A DNA stretch of 64,000 bases from Octopus sinensis (GCF_006345805.1 NC_042999.1:94736001-94800000), one strand, 5' to 3'; positions 36,924 to 51,102 are shown, counted from the first letter of the stretch. Notes: generated from the sequence alone by a model not told the origin. Made by a program: numbers and translations.

Positions 36924-37391
36924 TCTCGAGCATCTTATTCTCACTGTATGTTATTACTGCACTACTGAGCGCAAATCTTTGCACTATGGGTTATAAGCAG
37001 TGTTTTATTTTCGTTTTCTATATTCTATTGCAAAGGAAACTTGGTATAATATGTGTACAATGGCTAGTAAAGCTGTATATTATGAATACTTGTAAGTCAT
37101 GGGGGTTCATTTATGTATTTGATTGTTTTTAATCGCTACCACAGGTCTAAATACTTTAGGCAATGTTTTTTCTTTACAAACTCCATGTTCTGGTTATTTC
37201 CATTTTCAAACCTTCATATTTAGATAATTTCTCCATTTTTGTTAGACACCTTATCCTTTATCATCTATTAGGACTAAAGCTGCGATGAAGCGACACTGTT
37301 TTAGCAACATTAACCGATTGCGGTTCCCTCCAAGTTAGTATAGAATGGCATTCATGAGAGTATGTTCATTTTACGATTCTTTACTACCAGG

Positions 37392-37459
<68 letters not shown>
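37392..37459. repeat. (ATT)n = (TAA)n array abutting the 3' end of a Dong-like LINE
   Basis: About 22 perfect ATT units directly followed by atcagaggctttattgcagg. Confidence 0.97.
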
Positions 37460-39135
37460 CATCAGAGGCTTTATTGCAGGTCCTGGAATCTTGCATGCGT
37501 TGCGGGCTTATTACTTGTTGCTTCCGGTACCATGGTATTCTCTCTTTTCACTGTCTAATACTATCCTGATTATTCTGGCTGTGTCAAAGAGGCAAACCTT
37601 TTGTAACAGTTCTACTGGGCACTCTATTCCATTTTATTTTTTATAGTCGTCTTGATGCCTTCTGATACTCTCCCCAACGACCCAACAATAATTCATTTTC
37701 AACCTTCATTTTCCTTAGCCGGGCTATTTCGTACTTAAGAGGGTTGCATCTATCTTTTCGCTTTCATTCTTGACTATTCGTGGGGTTCCAATGTAGTACT
37801 TTTACTACTTGGTCGTGTCGCCGCACCTCGTAGTGGTTTTGCACAAGTCTCGAGCATTCGTTCGTGATACGGGCAAAGGTTTCCTCCACTCTATTGAGGA
37901 TGCGGCACAGCGGAAACACTTGCTCATTCCTAAAGTTCACTTATTCATTCCTCAGGTTGACCCATTCGTGGCCAGAACTTGATCCTAAGCCGCCAGTATA
38001 GTGCTTTCGATCTCTTTTGTTACGGTTCCTTTCATCAGCTGATCCCACCTTTTTTTCCAGCAACTTTTGATTGTGATTACATGGAATTGATTGTATTGTC
38101 CCGTCTTGCGTAATTCTTCTTCATGACCGTTTTGTACTTCTTCCTTTGTTTCCCCTTTATCTCTGCTCACAATATTCCATCGTTCCTAACTTTCACTAAC
38201 AAGGTTTCCTTACTTTGGTCTAGATATCTCATTAAAATGTCGAGTTCGATACGCACGCAATCTTCCACACTTATCACTCTCCTTGCATCATTTGCTCTCT
38301 TCATGTATAGGCGATCAGTGTTTGCACGGGGATGATAGGCTCCATGCGTCGTTAGGAGGTTTCTTGACTTCCTATTTATCTGCTTTGGCTCCTCAACTGA
38401 CCATTTCAGGATTCCAGCGCCATACCGAACTACTGCAACTGCGTGCATGTTTATTGACGAAATTATGTTTCTGGCATTCAGTTCTGAAGCAATATTTTCC
38501 TCACTCACCGCAGGTACTCGTTTTGTGATTTCCTTTGTTGTGGTGTTTGATTCCGTCTGCGTCGAGTATTCTCTGGTATTTATGGCTGCATTGAGGTTAA
38601 AAAACCTTCATCAATTCCCCACATCGCAATCATATGCCTTCTGTCTTGGCAAGCTTTCCTCGACTCTTCACCATCGTAGCACATTTTGAGAGTTCAAACT
38701 CCATCTTAATATCATTGGAGAAAATTCGCACAGACTGGGCTAAGCTGTCCAATTCTGCCTCAGTTTTTTGTGAAGAATTTCAGGTCGTCCATGAATAGCA
38801 AGTGGTTTAGTTTTCGCTTAACTCTTCTCAGATCATATCTCAACTTTGTTTTCTATAGAATTTCATTCAAGGGGATCATTCCCAGCACGAATATCAATGG
38901 GGACACACTGTCTCCCTGCAAGATTCCTCTTTATATTTTCACCTCTCCTAGTACTTGCTTCCCTGCTGCCAATTAGGTTCTCCAGTATTTCATGGTATTC
39001 CATATAATGCTGTTCATATTCTCTGCTACTCCACACATTTCAATTGTTCTTATTATCCCTTTCTGAGTAGCAGCTCACTTCGTTCCAAGTACTTGTACAG
39101 TTCACCAACCAAAGCACCTGATATTAGTTTGCACA
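37460..39135 (-). mobile_element. R4/Dong-clade LINE, 5'-truncated, with intact 3' end
   Basis: RGILQGDSVSPLIFVLGMIP, LNHLLFMDDLK, LNARNIISSINMHAVAVVRYGAGILKW, HGAYHPRANTDRLYMKR, then the RLE tail ECPVELLQKVCLFDTARIIRIVLD; ends in (TAA)n. Confidence 0.93.
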
Positions 39136-39289
39136 TTAGCAGAAGGCATGTTATTGGTCTAAAGTTGGGTGGAACATTTCACTTTTCAGGATCCTTGTTA
39201 CATAATGGGTACTGCGCAGCAGTAGTAGTAGTAGTGGTAGTAGTGATAGTACTGGTAGTAGTGTTTCACACAACAACATCGTAGAGGAA

Positions 39290-40760
39290 TGTAACGAAGA
39301 TTCATCTGTCCGTAACCAGTGGATAAGTTTACACTTTTCGTTCAGACCTACAGAACTTATTGTTCAATCCATTTTGTGAGATTCGTAAGTATAGCTCCCA
39401 AGGCTCCAACTCTCACCTTCTTAAATGACCACAATCCTTATATTTTCTAATTATAATCATCATATCTGACGTGCTTGTCTATTCTTTTCGATAATCAGCT
39501 ATCACGTGGTCGTGTGATTAGATTAGTTTCTTTCCACTTTACTCATAACTACTACATCCAATTTTTGATGTTCAACGTCATGATCGTTATGTTCCACTTT
39601 ATTTTTATCTTGTCATTCCCAATTCCTACTCCAGAGGTTTGATCGTGTAACGTCTTTACTCCATTTGATACATACTTGCCACACAGCTCCAATGAATCAT
39701 TCTTTGAAAATTATCGTATTTTCTTTTGTATTCTTTTATGGACCATCATTATCAATGTGCCATAGAGCCTCACATTTATCACCGCAAAAACTGAACTTGT
39801 AATCTTCTACTGTATTGTTGATCCTACTTTTGGTGTAATTTGTCCTAAATGCTTGTTTACCTGCAACACAGATAAGAGCTTCTCTTTCTGACTTCACGTT
39901 TCTCTTTCTAAACCAGTGCCATTGTACATCGTCATCAGTATTCCTGCTCACATTGCACATAGATATTTTCTGTTATCTTTCATACTCGTTTATTGTTCTC
40001 TGCACACCCTTGTCTCCATGAAAGTATCAGTCCTGACTATGCCAAATGGTCTCACCTGAACCAGCAAGTGTTCTATGGTTCTCTTGATATACCACGGCAA
40101 GCCATTTTCTTCGATGCATATACAACATTATTAAATAATAGAAGGTTGATCTTTTGTTGTTTTCTCTTACATTCATATCTAGATGTTACTTTTTTAAATA
40201 GCAATATTAAAGTAATCATACATCAAACAAGAAAGAGCGATGCACTAACACATTGGAAGATCCCTCTTTTGATTCTTGCCGTTCTAGCTTCTATTCATAT
40301 GATGTGAGCTCAGTCTTCCAGCTTTCCATGGCTTTTATCAAACAACTCCTGATATTCTTTGCCATCCACAACATGTTCAAACATTCAATGATCCATGAAT
40401 GTAGTATCATGTCATAGGCCTTGCGGTTATCTATAGAAGTCACTGCAAAATTTGCCTTCTTTCGCGTACAGCCTTTCATTATTTTATCTAAGAGTAGCTG
40501 GTCTTTAGATACCTGCATACCTTATTTGTGGCATCCTGTCAGCTCCTTTATGCACGAGGCCCAGCTGCTTTCCATTAACACATCTTAGCTTCTTACTTGT
40601 TGCATACTTTCATTTTCAATTCCAATTTTCTGTTGGGGAATCCAGAATACATATAGGCACATTTCTGATCTTATTTAAATGGAATCTTCCCACTTCTATT
40701 TACTGTAGATGGACTGCTCCCAACTATTAATTACAGACACGACTGTTTCCCTGAAAATAA
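39290..40760 (-). mobile_element. Second, older R4/Dong-clade LINE relic with internal deletions
   Basis: SKDQLLLDKIMKGC...IDNRKAYDMILHSWIIECL (RT), KSEREALICVAGKQAFRTNY (before the zinc knuckle) and VRVGALG (RLE). Confidence 0.85.
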
Positions 40761-40874
40761 TGCAACAGTCGTCACAGCCTTTAATTAACTGACAAAGATT
40801 ACTTTAATTGCACACTTTGGTAGAATAGGTTTTCTTCTATTGTAATACTTTTCCGCTTCTTCTTCATTACTGGC

Positions 40875-40920
<46 letters not shown>

Positions 40921-40933
40921 ATAAATATATAAA

Positions 40934-41136
40934 AAAACAGTTGCAGCGTGGAAGGTATTTTTAAGCCATTTAAGAGACCGCGACCTGTTCACTGACAAAA
41001 TTCCGTGCTGCACGGAATTTTGTCAGTGAAAAGGTCACGGTCTCAAAGTGACGAAGATATTTTGGCAAAGTGAATCTAACGGTTTTTGTGTGTTTCTTAA
41101 ATGGCTTATAAACACCTTCCTCGCTGCAATTGTTTT
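40934..41136. repeat. Palindromic (fold-back) element with a 34-bp central stem
   Basis: 40974-41044 is an inverted repeat with 2 mismatches and a 3-nt loop. 40934-40975 pairs with 41095-41136 (4 mismatches in 42). Confidence 0.92.
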
Positions 41137-41229
41137 CGTTCCAGCACACGATCTCAGATCAGGTCACTTGCTATGCATCTCCGTAATATATATATATGTA
41201 TGTATGTATATACGTACACCTGCACTCTC

Positions 41230-41434
41230 TCTCTTTTACTCTTTTACTTGTTTCAGCCACTCGACTGCGGCCATGCTGGACCACCTCCTCCAGTCGAGCA
41301 AATAGACCTCTATGTAAGCCCAGTACTTATTCTATCGGTCTCCCTTGCCGAACCGCTAGGCGACGGGGATGCAAACACACCAGCATCGGCTGTCAATCAA
41401 TGCTAGGGGGACAAACACAGACACACAAACACAT

Positions 41435-41501
<67 letters not shown>

Positions 41502-41667
41502 TACGACAGGCTTCTTTTTGTTTCTGTCTACCAAATCCACTCACAAGGCATTGGTCGGCCCGGGGCTATAGCAGATGACACTTGCCCAAGATGCCACGCA
41601 GTGGGACTGAACCCGGAACCATGTGGCTGGTTAGCAAGCTACTTACCACACAGCCACTCCTGCGCCT
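41230..41667 (-). mobile_element. Full-length SINE family B with internal (TA)n/(CA)n
   Basis: Same architecture as 18981-19396; head aggcgcaggagtggctgtgtggtaag, tail (aaagagt)2. Confidence 0.92.
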
Positions 41668-41740
41668 AGTATGCTTTGTATATGAATGAATGGACCTTCG
41701 GCTAAATAAAGTTGAAAAAAATGCTTATCAGTTTTATTAT

Positions 41741-42170
41741 TAAGGCGGTGATCTAGCAGAATCGTTAGCAATCATTGGGAAATGATAAGCGGCATTTCGT
41801 TCGTCTTTATGTTGTGAGTTCAAATTCTACCGGAGCTGATTTTGCGTTCATGATTTCGGAGTCGATAACATGAGAGCCAGTTGAACACTAGGGTCGATGT
41901 ACTTGACTTACCCTCTCCCCGAAATTGTTGATTTTGTGCCAGGATTTGGAACCATTATTATTGTTGTTATGATGACAACTTGGCTGAGTCGTTAACAGAA
42001 AATACTTAGAAGTATTTTCCCCATCTCTTTATGTTCCGAGTTCAATTGCCAGCAAGGTCGATTTGTACCATTTTTCTGGGATCGTTGTAATTGAATAGCC
42101 GCATCCCCTACCCAACAAAGTTTCAGGCCTTGTCCCCATAGTAGGAAGGATTGTTATTATTATTATTATT
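41741..42170 (+). mobile_element. Two tandem SINE family A copies
   Basis: aaggcggtgatctagcagaatcgttagc...gagttcaaattc...gtgccaggatttggaaccattatt, then a second copy from about 41983 ending ...gtaggaaggattgttattatt. Confidence 0.8.
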
Positions 42171-42449
42171 GTAATTTATAAATTCTATAGTGTATCGTGG
42201 TAATTGATTATGCAAAGGTTTTATTACCTTTTAAAATGTATAAATCATAAATATATTTTTACTCAGCATGAAAAAGAAAACAAACATCTGCTTTACAGTA
42301 TTTCTTACAACATTCATAAATTTCTTACAAAAGGATAATGGAAATATCTTAACCTCTGCGCGAATCTATGCCATTTCCTTCTTTCTTTTTTCTTTGTGCA
42401 AACAAATTTACTTTTTTCAAAAATGATCACTCTTTTCTGCTTATAAATT

Positions 42450-43320
42450 TCTAGATTTTTTCTTTTACATTTTCCCACCCGTGTTATTAAATTGATAAGC
42501 ATTTATCATAAAGTATTAGATATTTTATATCAAAATTTTGTAAGTTTTTTCTATGACTGGAATCCTAAAATAACGGTTATTTTAATCCAAGATATTCCCG
42601 TACCAATCTATCGTAAATCTATTGTTAGAAACCAAACAATAAATGTATACTTACATTTGCTTAAATTAACCCCAAACATAGACTGCTCCATTCACGTTAT
42701 TTATACAAATATATTCCTCTTCATGGCGCCAATCTTTTAACCTTACGTCATTTGACGCTGCTTACACTCGGCATTCAACATTCAACATTCTCTTTTGCTT
42801 TCTCGAATGTAAAACGCCGACACTTCAGCATACACATTAAATCAACTGATTCAATAAAAACCAATAGGCATAGTTTTTTTATGTATTTATTAATTCTCTC
42901 CAACATCAATGTGTTTTTTCAAGAAACTCTGATTTGGTTTGGGTTATGCTATATTCGCCAGAATTTTATTATCTGGTCGATAGTTTTCAAAGAAATTCGG
43001 ACCTAACGTTTATTTCATCACATACTTGTCAAATACAAATGTTCTTGGTCAAAGACCGTGAAGAAGACAGAAAAAGGAATCTCATACTACTGATTCAACA
43101 TGTCACTGTTGAATTTTTTCATAAAGGAGTACCGTAGGACTGAATTTCTAGATTCGAGTAACCCATGAGTGATATTCTTACCAAGTAATATTTCATTCCT
43201 CGTTGGTTGAGGATTTGTAGAATATCTCTCTAAATAAATATGCCATTTCATCTCTTGACCTTTAAGTAATAGGAGAATACAGGCACGATCTACTGCCGAC
43301 ATACATTCATGTAATTTCAA
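42450..43320 (-). mobile_element. Possible decayed Helitron Rep-domain remnant
   Basis: Weak motif-order resemblance: RACILLLL (cf. PHAHILL), NITHG (cf. MIHGPC), FLKKHIDV (cf. FNCHINV). Confidence 0.3.
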
Positions 43321-43446
43321 AATGCATACACTAACAAATAGGTGTATTGAAATGAACGTCTTTGTGACGGTTCTAGTTATTTTTTGTGTGTCTAACTTGG
43401 AAACAAGCTCGAGAACAGTATAAGGTAAATATGGATATAATATTCA

Positions 43447-43675
43447 TTTACAGGTTTAAGGCAGTGAGCGGAAAGAACCGTTGGCACATCGAGCTAAATG
43501 GTTAGCGGCATTTCGTTCGTCTTTACGTTCTGAGCTGAAATTCTACCGAGGTCGACATTCCTTTTCATCCTTTCTTAGTCTTTAGAATAAGTACCAGTTG
43601 AGTACTGATGTCAATGCTTTCAATTTATCAGACAACTGAAATTGTTGGTGATGTGCCAAAATTGAAACCAATATT
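43447..43675 (+). mobile_element. SINE family A copy
   Basis: aaggcagtgagcgg...ttacgttctgagctgaaattctaccgaggtcgac...gtgccaaaattgaaacc. Confidence 0.85.
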
Positions 43676-43735
43676 CACTAAACCGCTGGTAGCGGAAAAT
43701 TTTTTCTACAATTTTTTGGTACCCTTATATTTATT

Positions 43736-43799
<64 letters not shown>

Positions 43800-45254
43800 G
43801 TATACATAGGTAGATATAAAGATGCGGAAATAGAAAAGTTAGGATGTCTATGCATAAAAGGAGTTAATACTAGCTGATTAATGGACTTAATATAATCATA
43901 GAGTCTAATGTTTGTAGCTTAATAAGCTTATCTAAACTGACATCAAAGTTTTTACTAGACACTGTTTGATTTAGCTATACTTTTGGGTAGCTAGAGTGCT
44001 TGCTGTTTCGATCTTACCATCTCTCCTTAGACACTATGCACAGATGTTTTCTAGCTTTAGCAGTAGTGATTAGAAAGCAAAGTAGTGATTGAAATAGTGA
44101 GGATAGTGACAGAGTTGGAAATCATTTAATGGCTGGGACTTGATTGTGCCGTGATCTTGGGAAGAGTGAGTTGGCTAGTGCCATTGGTGTTGTTTGTTGG
44201 TGGGTTATGAGAAATGGCGTTAAAAAAGGTAACTCATGTTACTTGACAATAGTTAGTACTGATTATAGTGTTTTTCTTCAATACAGTTCATATCAGTGTG
44301 AAACTATAACAATTCACAACCACACATACCACATATGTGAATATGTGTATATGCATGTGTGTGTGTGTGTGTGTGTGCGCGCGCGCGTGTGTGAGTGTTT
44401 GTGTGTGTGCATGTATATAGATGTATTTATATGAATCTATATGTGTTTATGTGTGTGTGCATATTTATATACATGTATATATGTGTGTATGTGTGAGTGT
44501 CTGTATACGCCCCATATGTATGTGTGTATATGTAATTGCTTGGATGAAACTTGATTTCAGTAAATATTTATATTCAACTAAACACTAACAATTCATGCTA
44601 CATCACAAACAACATTCAGCTGAGGTCATTGAATATAATTGATTCCAGTTTCTATGGTGATATATTGACGAAATTCACCTCAATAGAAATATTATTGGCG
44701 TTTGGCACTAAGTCACAAATGAGGTCAAATGTCTAATTGATTGAACATATAGCTTCAATTGTACTGTTTGCAGATATTTCTATAGAATCACTAACTTCAA
44801 CAACGATATTTTTGTTGTTTTAGAAAAGGAAACGAACTTCCGTGATGCAGAAACATTTTTTTTCTTCTTTCCTCATTTTCTAGTTCCTTTAATGATTTCA
44901 ATTACGTATTCAGCGGAACATAAGAGTGTCTTGTTTTCATTGTAAGTATTTGTCAGCAGAAAGAAAATTAGAGACAATGAGAAACCATGCGAAACCAATG
45001 TTTTCCATAAAATCTAATCCTATCGACTCAGAGAACTTCTTTGAGATTCTATAGAAAATAAAAGAACCCAAACTGTAAAAATATAAGAAACATCTCAGAA
45101 ATGCATATATTTTCAAACGCTTAAATAATTTGTAAGATACTATGGCGGGCTTGCGTTTCATAGTCTTAAATTTTAAGTTTATTTAAAATGAGATCATCTT
45201 TATTCTTAGTTACACTGACATTATTTTATGCCAATGATTACAACTTCAGAAGAT

Positions 45255-45405
45255 CCGGTAGGTCGACTTTACCTTTCATCCTTTCGGGGTCGATAAATTA
45301 AGTACCAGTTACGCACTGGGGTCGATGTAATCGACTTAATACCTATGCCTGTCCTTGTTTGTCCCCTCTGTGTTTAGCCCCTTGTGGGTAATAAAGAAAT
45401 AGGTA
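45255..45405 (+). mobile_element. SINE family A, 5'-truncated young copy
   Basis: ggtcgactttacctttcatcctttcggggtcgataaattaagtaccagttacgcactggggtcgat...aaagaaataggt, close to 21380-21536. Confidence 0.9.
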
Positions 45406-46039
45406 TATATTCCTAACAAGTGGGTAGCTCAAATACCCAACAAAATACTTAAATGTCAACGTTAGTCTAATAAATAGTATGGTGCCCTAGTAAGATAACT
45501 ATTTTCTATCCTTAATATGAAAATTGTCGATTATATTAAAATTGAATATTTTGCTATATTTGAGTGTATTAGATATTAGCATACCACACGGAAGTTTAGA
45601 AATGTCACAAGTGTTATCGAAAACCAAATCTGCAAACAATATGTCGAAAATTCGCTTTTTGTAAGCTTCATTCCGGTACTTGAATTAAGATATCATTTAC
45701 TCTTAACATATCAGTCGTAACAATAAAATTAATGGTATTTGTATGTTTTAGAAGACATAACAGTCACAATTTACAATACGCTAAGAGATTCAGAAGACAA
45801 AAACGAATTGAATTTTGAAGAAACCAGTCAACCTTCGTCTATATATCTTCTCAGAAAGCTCAACTATTAAAGGAACTCTCAATTATATTAATAAATTCTC
45901 TAATTCATAGGCTACTCACCATCTTTGTTATACTATCTTGTTAGTTACTGACATATTCATTATATATGTATGGTTATAAATTACGTTTGTCCTTCTATAC
46001 CCTCAGCATGAATATATATACATATATATATTTGTGTGT

Positions 46040-46070
<31 letters not shown>

Positions 46071-47905
46071 CATTTATTCAAGATTTCTTTTATTTGCTTA
46101 AGTTACGAAATCCTCAACTACCCTAAACGAAATACTGTACATTTTCTTAAAACAATACTGACGTTTATAAAATTCTCAATCGATCCAACCTAACATAAAA
46201 ATGATAACAAGCCAAAGAAGTTAAAATATCAATTACTATATTATCTTCAACAGCTACTGCTGTATGACCTTAAGTGAATATCTTATGACACGCTTTACCG
46301 CACAATGCAAGTTCACTTATAGCCTAGACAGATACTTATACGGACGCGTGACTTACGTGAAATTCCAGCCAAATCTCCTTCCCACTGTCTCAAAAATATA
46401 GGGGCATATATGATATTGAAGTCCAAGATGCATCGGATGTAGATTACAGTCCAGATAGAAGTGGATAGAATTTTTTTTAATTATGCTGTTTTCCGAATCA
46501 GGCCTTCCTTGACGGAATTGGAAAGCTTTTCTAAGACACCAGAATGCTATCCAGATATATCTGCTTTCTAAACCATGATAAAATTCAGGATAAAATTTAA
46601 TACACACACACTCACAAACAAAGAAACAAACACACACACATCTATGAGAAGTTATGATAAACAACTGTTTATATTATTTGTTCCTAACGTACGTTTCACC
46701 GTTGTGGTTGTTTGGAACAACTACATTGTATGTTTCAAGCAACGGGATGTTTCACTACATCTAACTATACACACAAGATATACTGTGTATATAAGTATAT
46801 AATGTATAATAGATAATAGGTAGATAGATAGAAAGTTAGATAGATAAACAGGCAGATAGATAGATAAATAGAAAGACGGGCAGAAAGACATACATACATA
46901 CATGAACGGACGGACGGGTGAATGGATGGATGGATGGATGGATGATGGACACATACTTTCTTTTTTCATCATCATATAAAAATGTTATTGAAGAGAAAAT
47001 TCTCTGAGTCTAAACCAACATTTAAAAATCAATTTGAATACATAATCTACGTTACACAAAGAATGTAGGCGTACGCCTATGTGTGCATGTGTTATGTATA
47101 TATATGCATGCTTTTGTTCGGGAAAACGTGCCCCATGTCAATCACGTGTGAGAAGACAAAACAAATTATTCCACTGGAATTCAGGCGTCACGTCTTCTAT
47201 ATAGAACGGGACTAATGAAAGATAACATCAAAATCATTAATACTCTAAGGTTTCCTTGTATGTTCCCGTCCACCTGAATTGTAAAAAATTTACCAATAAA
47301 TCAGTATGTAATAGGTTAATTGATTATTTTCTTCCTTTCTTTTTCTTTTTCCAATTGTTCCATGTTATTGTTCGTTGCAGCTCGATAAAGATGTGTGTCC
47401 ACACATGTACACGCATACATATAGAGCTAGGATCGAATACTGACATGGAAAGATGTGTATATAAACACACGCAATCACACACACTCACATATACACCCAT
47501 ATATATGTATGTATATATGCATGTATATATGTATGTATACATATATGTATGTATGTATATATGCATGTATACATATATATATGTATGTATGTATATGTAT
47601 GTATATTTAGCACCGTGCACTCATACACAGACATAGACAAACCAACACATTCTAATACAGTTGTATATTATTCTGTATCGGTGATGGTTGCGTAGCATTG
47701 GTGAATTAGTAAGATGTGCCATGTGCAAATGGTGTGAATGATTTGCACAACCGCAATGGATTATGTCAATACAGATTCCAATGGTGTTCCACTGGTTTCT
47801 TACCAAGTGGAACACAGAACAATAGAGACACAAATCTATAATATTTCACAGAACTGAAAACATTGAATAACAATAATAACAACAACAACAACAATAATAA
47901 CGGTG

Positions 47906-47948
<43 letters not shown>

Positions 47949-48545
47949 GATGATAATAGCTGAGTGTACAACAGCATTCATCTGGGAGAGTAGTTAAGGA
48001 GTAAGAATCAATCAATACACGTTCACACATGTGACTGCCTTAGAACAATGGTGTAACACAGTCACACAAACACGCAAATATGCACGTACACACACACAAA
48101 TACGAGCATATACGCATGTACAGGCGTCTTCACAGTTTTGTGTTTGGCTATCCCAAGTGGAGTTAGCGCACGAATATCTGCAATGGTGGGTATGTTTAAA
48201 GACACAGAGCTATAAATACATAAACATATATATATGTTCTCAGGTATATATATATAATATATATATATGCATGTGTATGTGCCTGTGCACGAGCCTGTGT
48301 CTATACCTGTATGTATATATATATATATATAAATTCTTCTTTTAGAAAGCTATAAACAATAGTATATAAATACGCCAGTTCACTCCCTCAAGCTCACACG
48401 CACACAGATTCATTTCAATGTGATTATTTACATGTTCATATGTACATATGTCTACATGTTTGCTCTGTTTGTGTAGACTGATGTCAGAAAATACACGTTG
48501 ATTAGTTAGATTGTTCTTATGTATATATATTCATATGTGTGTATG

Positions 48546-48603
<58 letters not shown>

Positions 48604-49524
48604 CAACAAACCCAAGGCTGTGTGGAATTTTCAGGACATTTATGAAGAGAATGTTTGTCTTACAGTTGTTTCTGGGATATTTGGGATACCCCTTCATCAA
48701 AGGGGATGTGGGATGGTTAAATAGATAGAAATATTAGAGTTCAATATGAAGTTTTATTATGGAAAAGGAGGCAAATAAGGAGTATATAGGGAAATAGGAG
48801 AATGAATGTAGAAGTAAAATATATAAAGATGTTATATTTGCAGTTTCTTCATCCAAAGAAAGTGGTGTGTAGATGTAGCAGAAATGCTTCTTGTCCATGG
48901 TATATAAATTCCAATAAAAGTTCATATTTTGTCATCACAAATGCAAAGTGTGGAGACGTAGATTCCATGTGCTGTTCATTCAAAGGGTCTTGTGGTGTTG
49001 ATGAAAATTTGGGAATGTAGTGGTAATATTAAGTGGATAGATAGGGGAGAAGAGATGTGTACGTTAAAATGAAAAGAGAGGTCAAAGGAAAAGGTGAGAA
49101 AAGAAGGAAAGAAAGAGGAAGTGAAAATGAAAACAAGAAGAGAAAATGAGAGAAAATTGCAAGAAAGTTCAAAAAGGAGTGTTAGTTGGTGGTCAAGGTA
49201 TTATGAGGGGTATGGAAGAAGAGTAGGGGAGGGGTAGGAAGATACAAGAGTGTAAGAAAGGAATATGTGTGTGGTGGGGTTACAATGGCATTGAGAGATG
49301 GGTACAGAAAAAGGTATAGGGTTGGGTTTTTCTAAAGTGGGTAGTAAAATGCTCAAGTTTCTATAAATAGACTTATGTTTTTATTCTACTGGCTAATGTA
49401 ATAGTGTGGGTAGAGGAATTAGAGAGACAGAAAGAAGCGTATATCGATATACGCACGCACACATGTACATATGTGTGTGCGTATGCATTTTTATGTAGGC
49501 CTGTATACTTGTATAATTAAACCA

Positions 49525-49915
49525 GTCCACATGCATTTATATATATATACAAACTTCAGTCTTAAAGATCATAGGGACTTAATAATTAAACCATCGATAC
49601 GCCTCATATGCCCTACCAAATCAGACCTGGGATGAATAAGCAAAAGTGTTCTAGATAGAATTATACCAATCATCAAGGATTAATTGAACGTCAACTTATG
49701 ATCCTGTACAGGTGAATCCATAACATGGTTCCATATCTTAAACAACAAAAACTTTTTTCCTTTCCTTCAATTCGATATAAATAATTACTACTCTTCTATT
49801 TCTCCCAAACTTCTTAATCAAACGCTTTTTCTAGCTAGGAATCTAATTAACATAAACATTAATGCCCGTAAAACACTTATTTCTTTTGAGGGGAAACTTT
49901 GGCGCCGGCCAACCA
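49525..49915 (+). pseudogene. Penelope-like element reverse transcriptase fragment
   Basis: One frame with three stops: LKDHRDLIIKPSIRLICPTKSDLG*ISKSVLDRII...TWFHILNNK...FLQFDINNYYSSISPKLL...ARKTLISFEGKLW. This matches the PLE RT pattern TLKDHK...RLINPxKSEIGxISK...FDIxxFYPSI. Confidence 0.8.
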
Positions 49916-51102
49916 CTATAACAATAACCATAACAAATTATTTGACATTACTATAGAATCATCTGACAGTTCCTGTATTCCTTTGTGTATGTGTATTTGC
50001 CTACTGTGTTGTCATCGTGGTAGTTGTTATTGCTATCGTTGGCACCACTGCTGCTTCTAACCGTCTTAGTTGAAGTATCCTGCGTGTGTGTTTCGGATTG
50101 GTATGGATTCGCTTCGTATGTATCCATGCCCTTTATATATCTTTATTTAATTTATCTGCCTCTGTCTTACATTTAGCATAGGTATATGACAGATATATTG
50201 ATATATTTATTGATCTATTTATGTATGTACCTATTTACTTTTTCTATACATCTATCACTATTTCTCATGAGTATCGCAGTAAAGTGTATATATGCCTGTT
50301 GTGTATGTATTGCCATGTACTTTTCTGTGTATCATTTACGGTTTTTCTTCTTTTTCCCCTCTCTTTTCTCATCCCTACTGCCTTTAGTCAACTGGTGTGA
50401 TCTGGTGTGATCTGGTGTGGAGTTGGGTGTTACGGTTCCAACCGTGTTTTCCATTGAGGCCCGGTCTGTCTACTGCATGTCATGTCTTAGGACAGCAGCA
50501 CCACAATGGGGTGAGAAGATGGGGCTGAAGGGAAGGTCACACTGCTGCTAAAAACTATGACACTTTATTTGAATATTCGAAAATACGTTCCTCATAATCT
50601 TACTCGTTATTTACCACCAATAGGTAAAAAAAATTTCACCCTGATGAAATCCGGATACACTGTGGGACTCGTTAACATCTGACATGGTTCGAATCGTGAT
50701 GATCCGAAACGATTGTTCACCTAGTAGCCGGATTGAAATACATATGCAGGAATCTTTTTTGATTATTTCTTATGTTGATTCTGGTACTTTAAATTTTATT
50801 TGTATTATACTATTTGATATGTATTCATTGTGATACAAATAAAATTCGATAAGTATCCACTATATTTCTTCTCCGTTTTCTTATATTTACTTAAAACTAT
50901 ACTGGAAATTTATCCCTATATATTGAGGAATTTTCTCTTACTATATAAATTGATAACACCAGTTGATAACCAGATTTTTAAAGATCCCTGACGAGGAAAT
51001 TACATGCTCATTTTTGACAGTATGTGTGTGTGGGGGGGTACGTGTGTGTATGCGCGCGTGTGTGTGTGTGTGCATGCACGTATGTGTGCGTCTGTGTTTG
51101 TA

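Noticed and set aside
50637-50720. ctgatgaaatccggat...atccgaaacgatt as a hammerhead
   Set aside because: Five extra nucleotides precede stem II, and there is no stem I complement or valid stem III/triplet.
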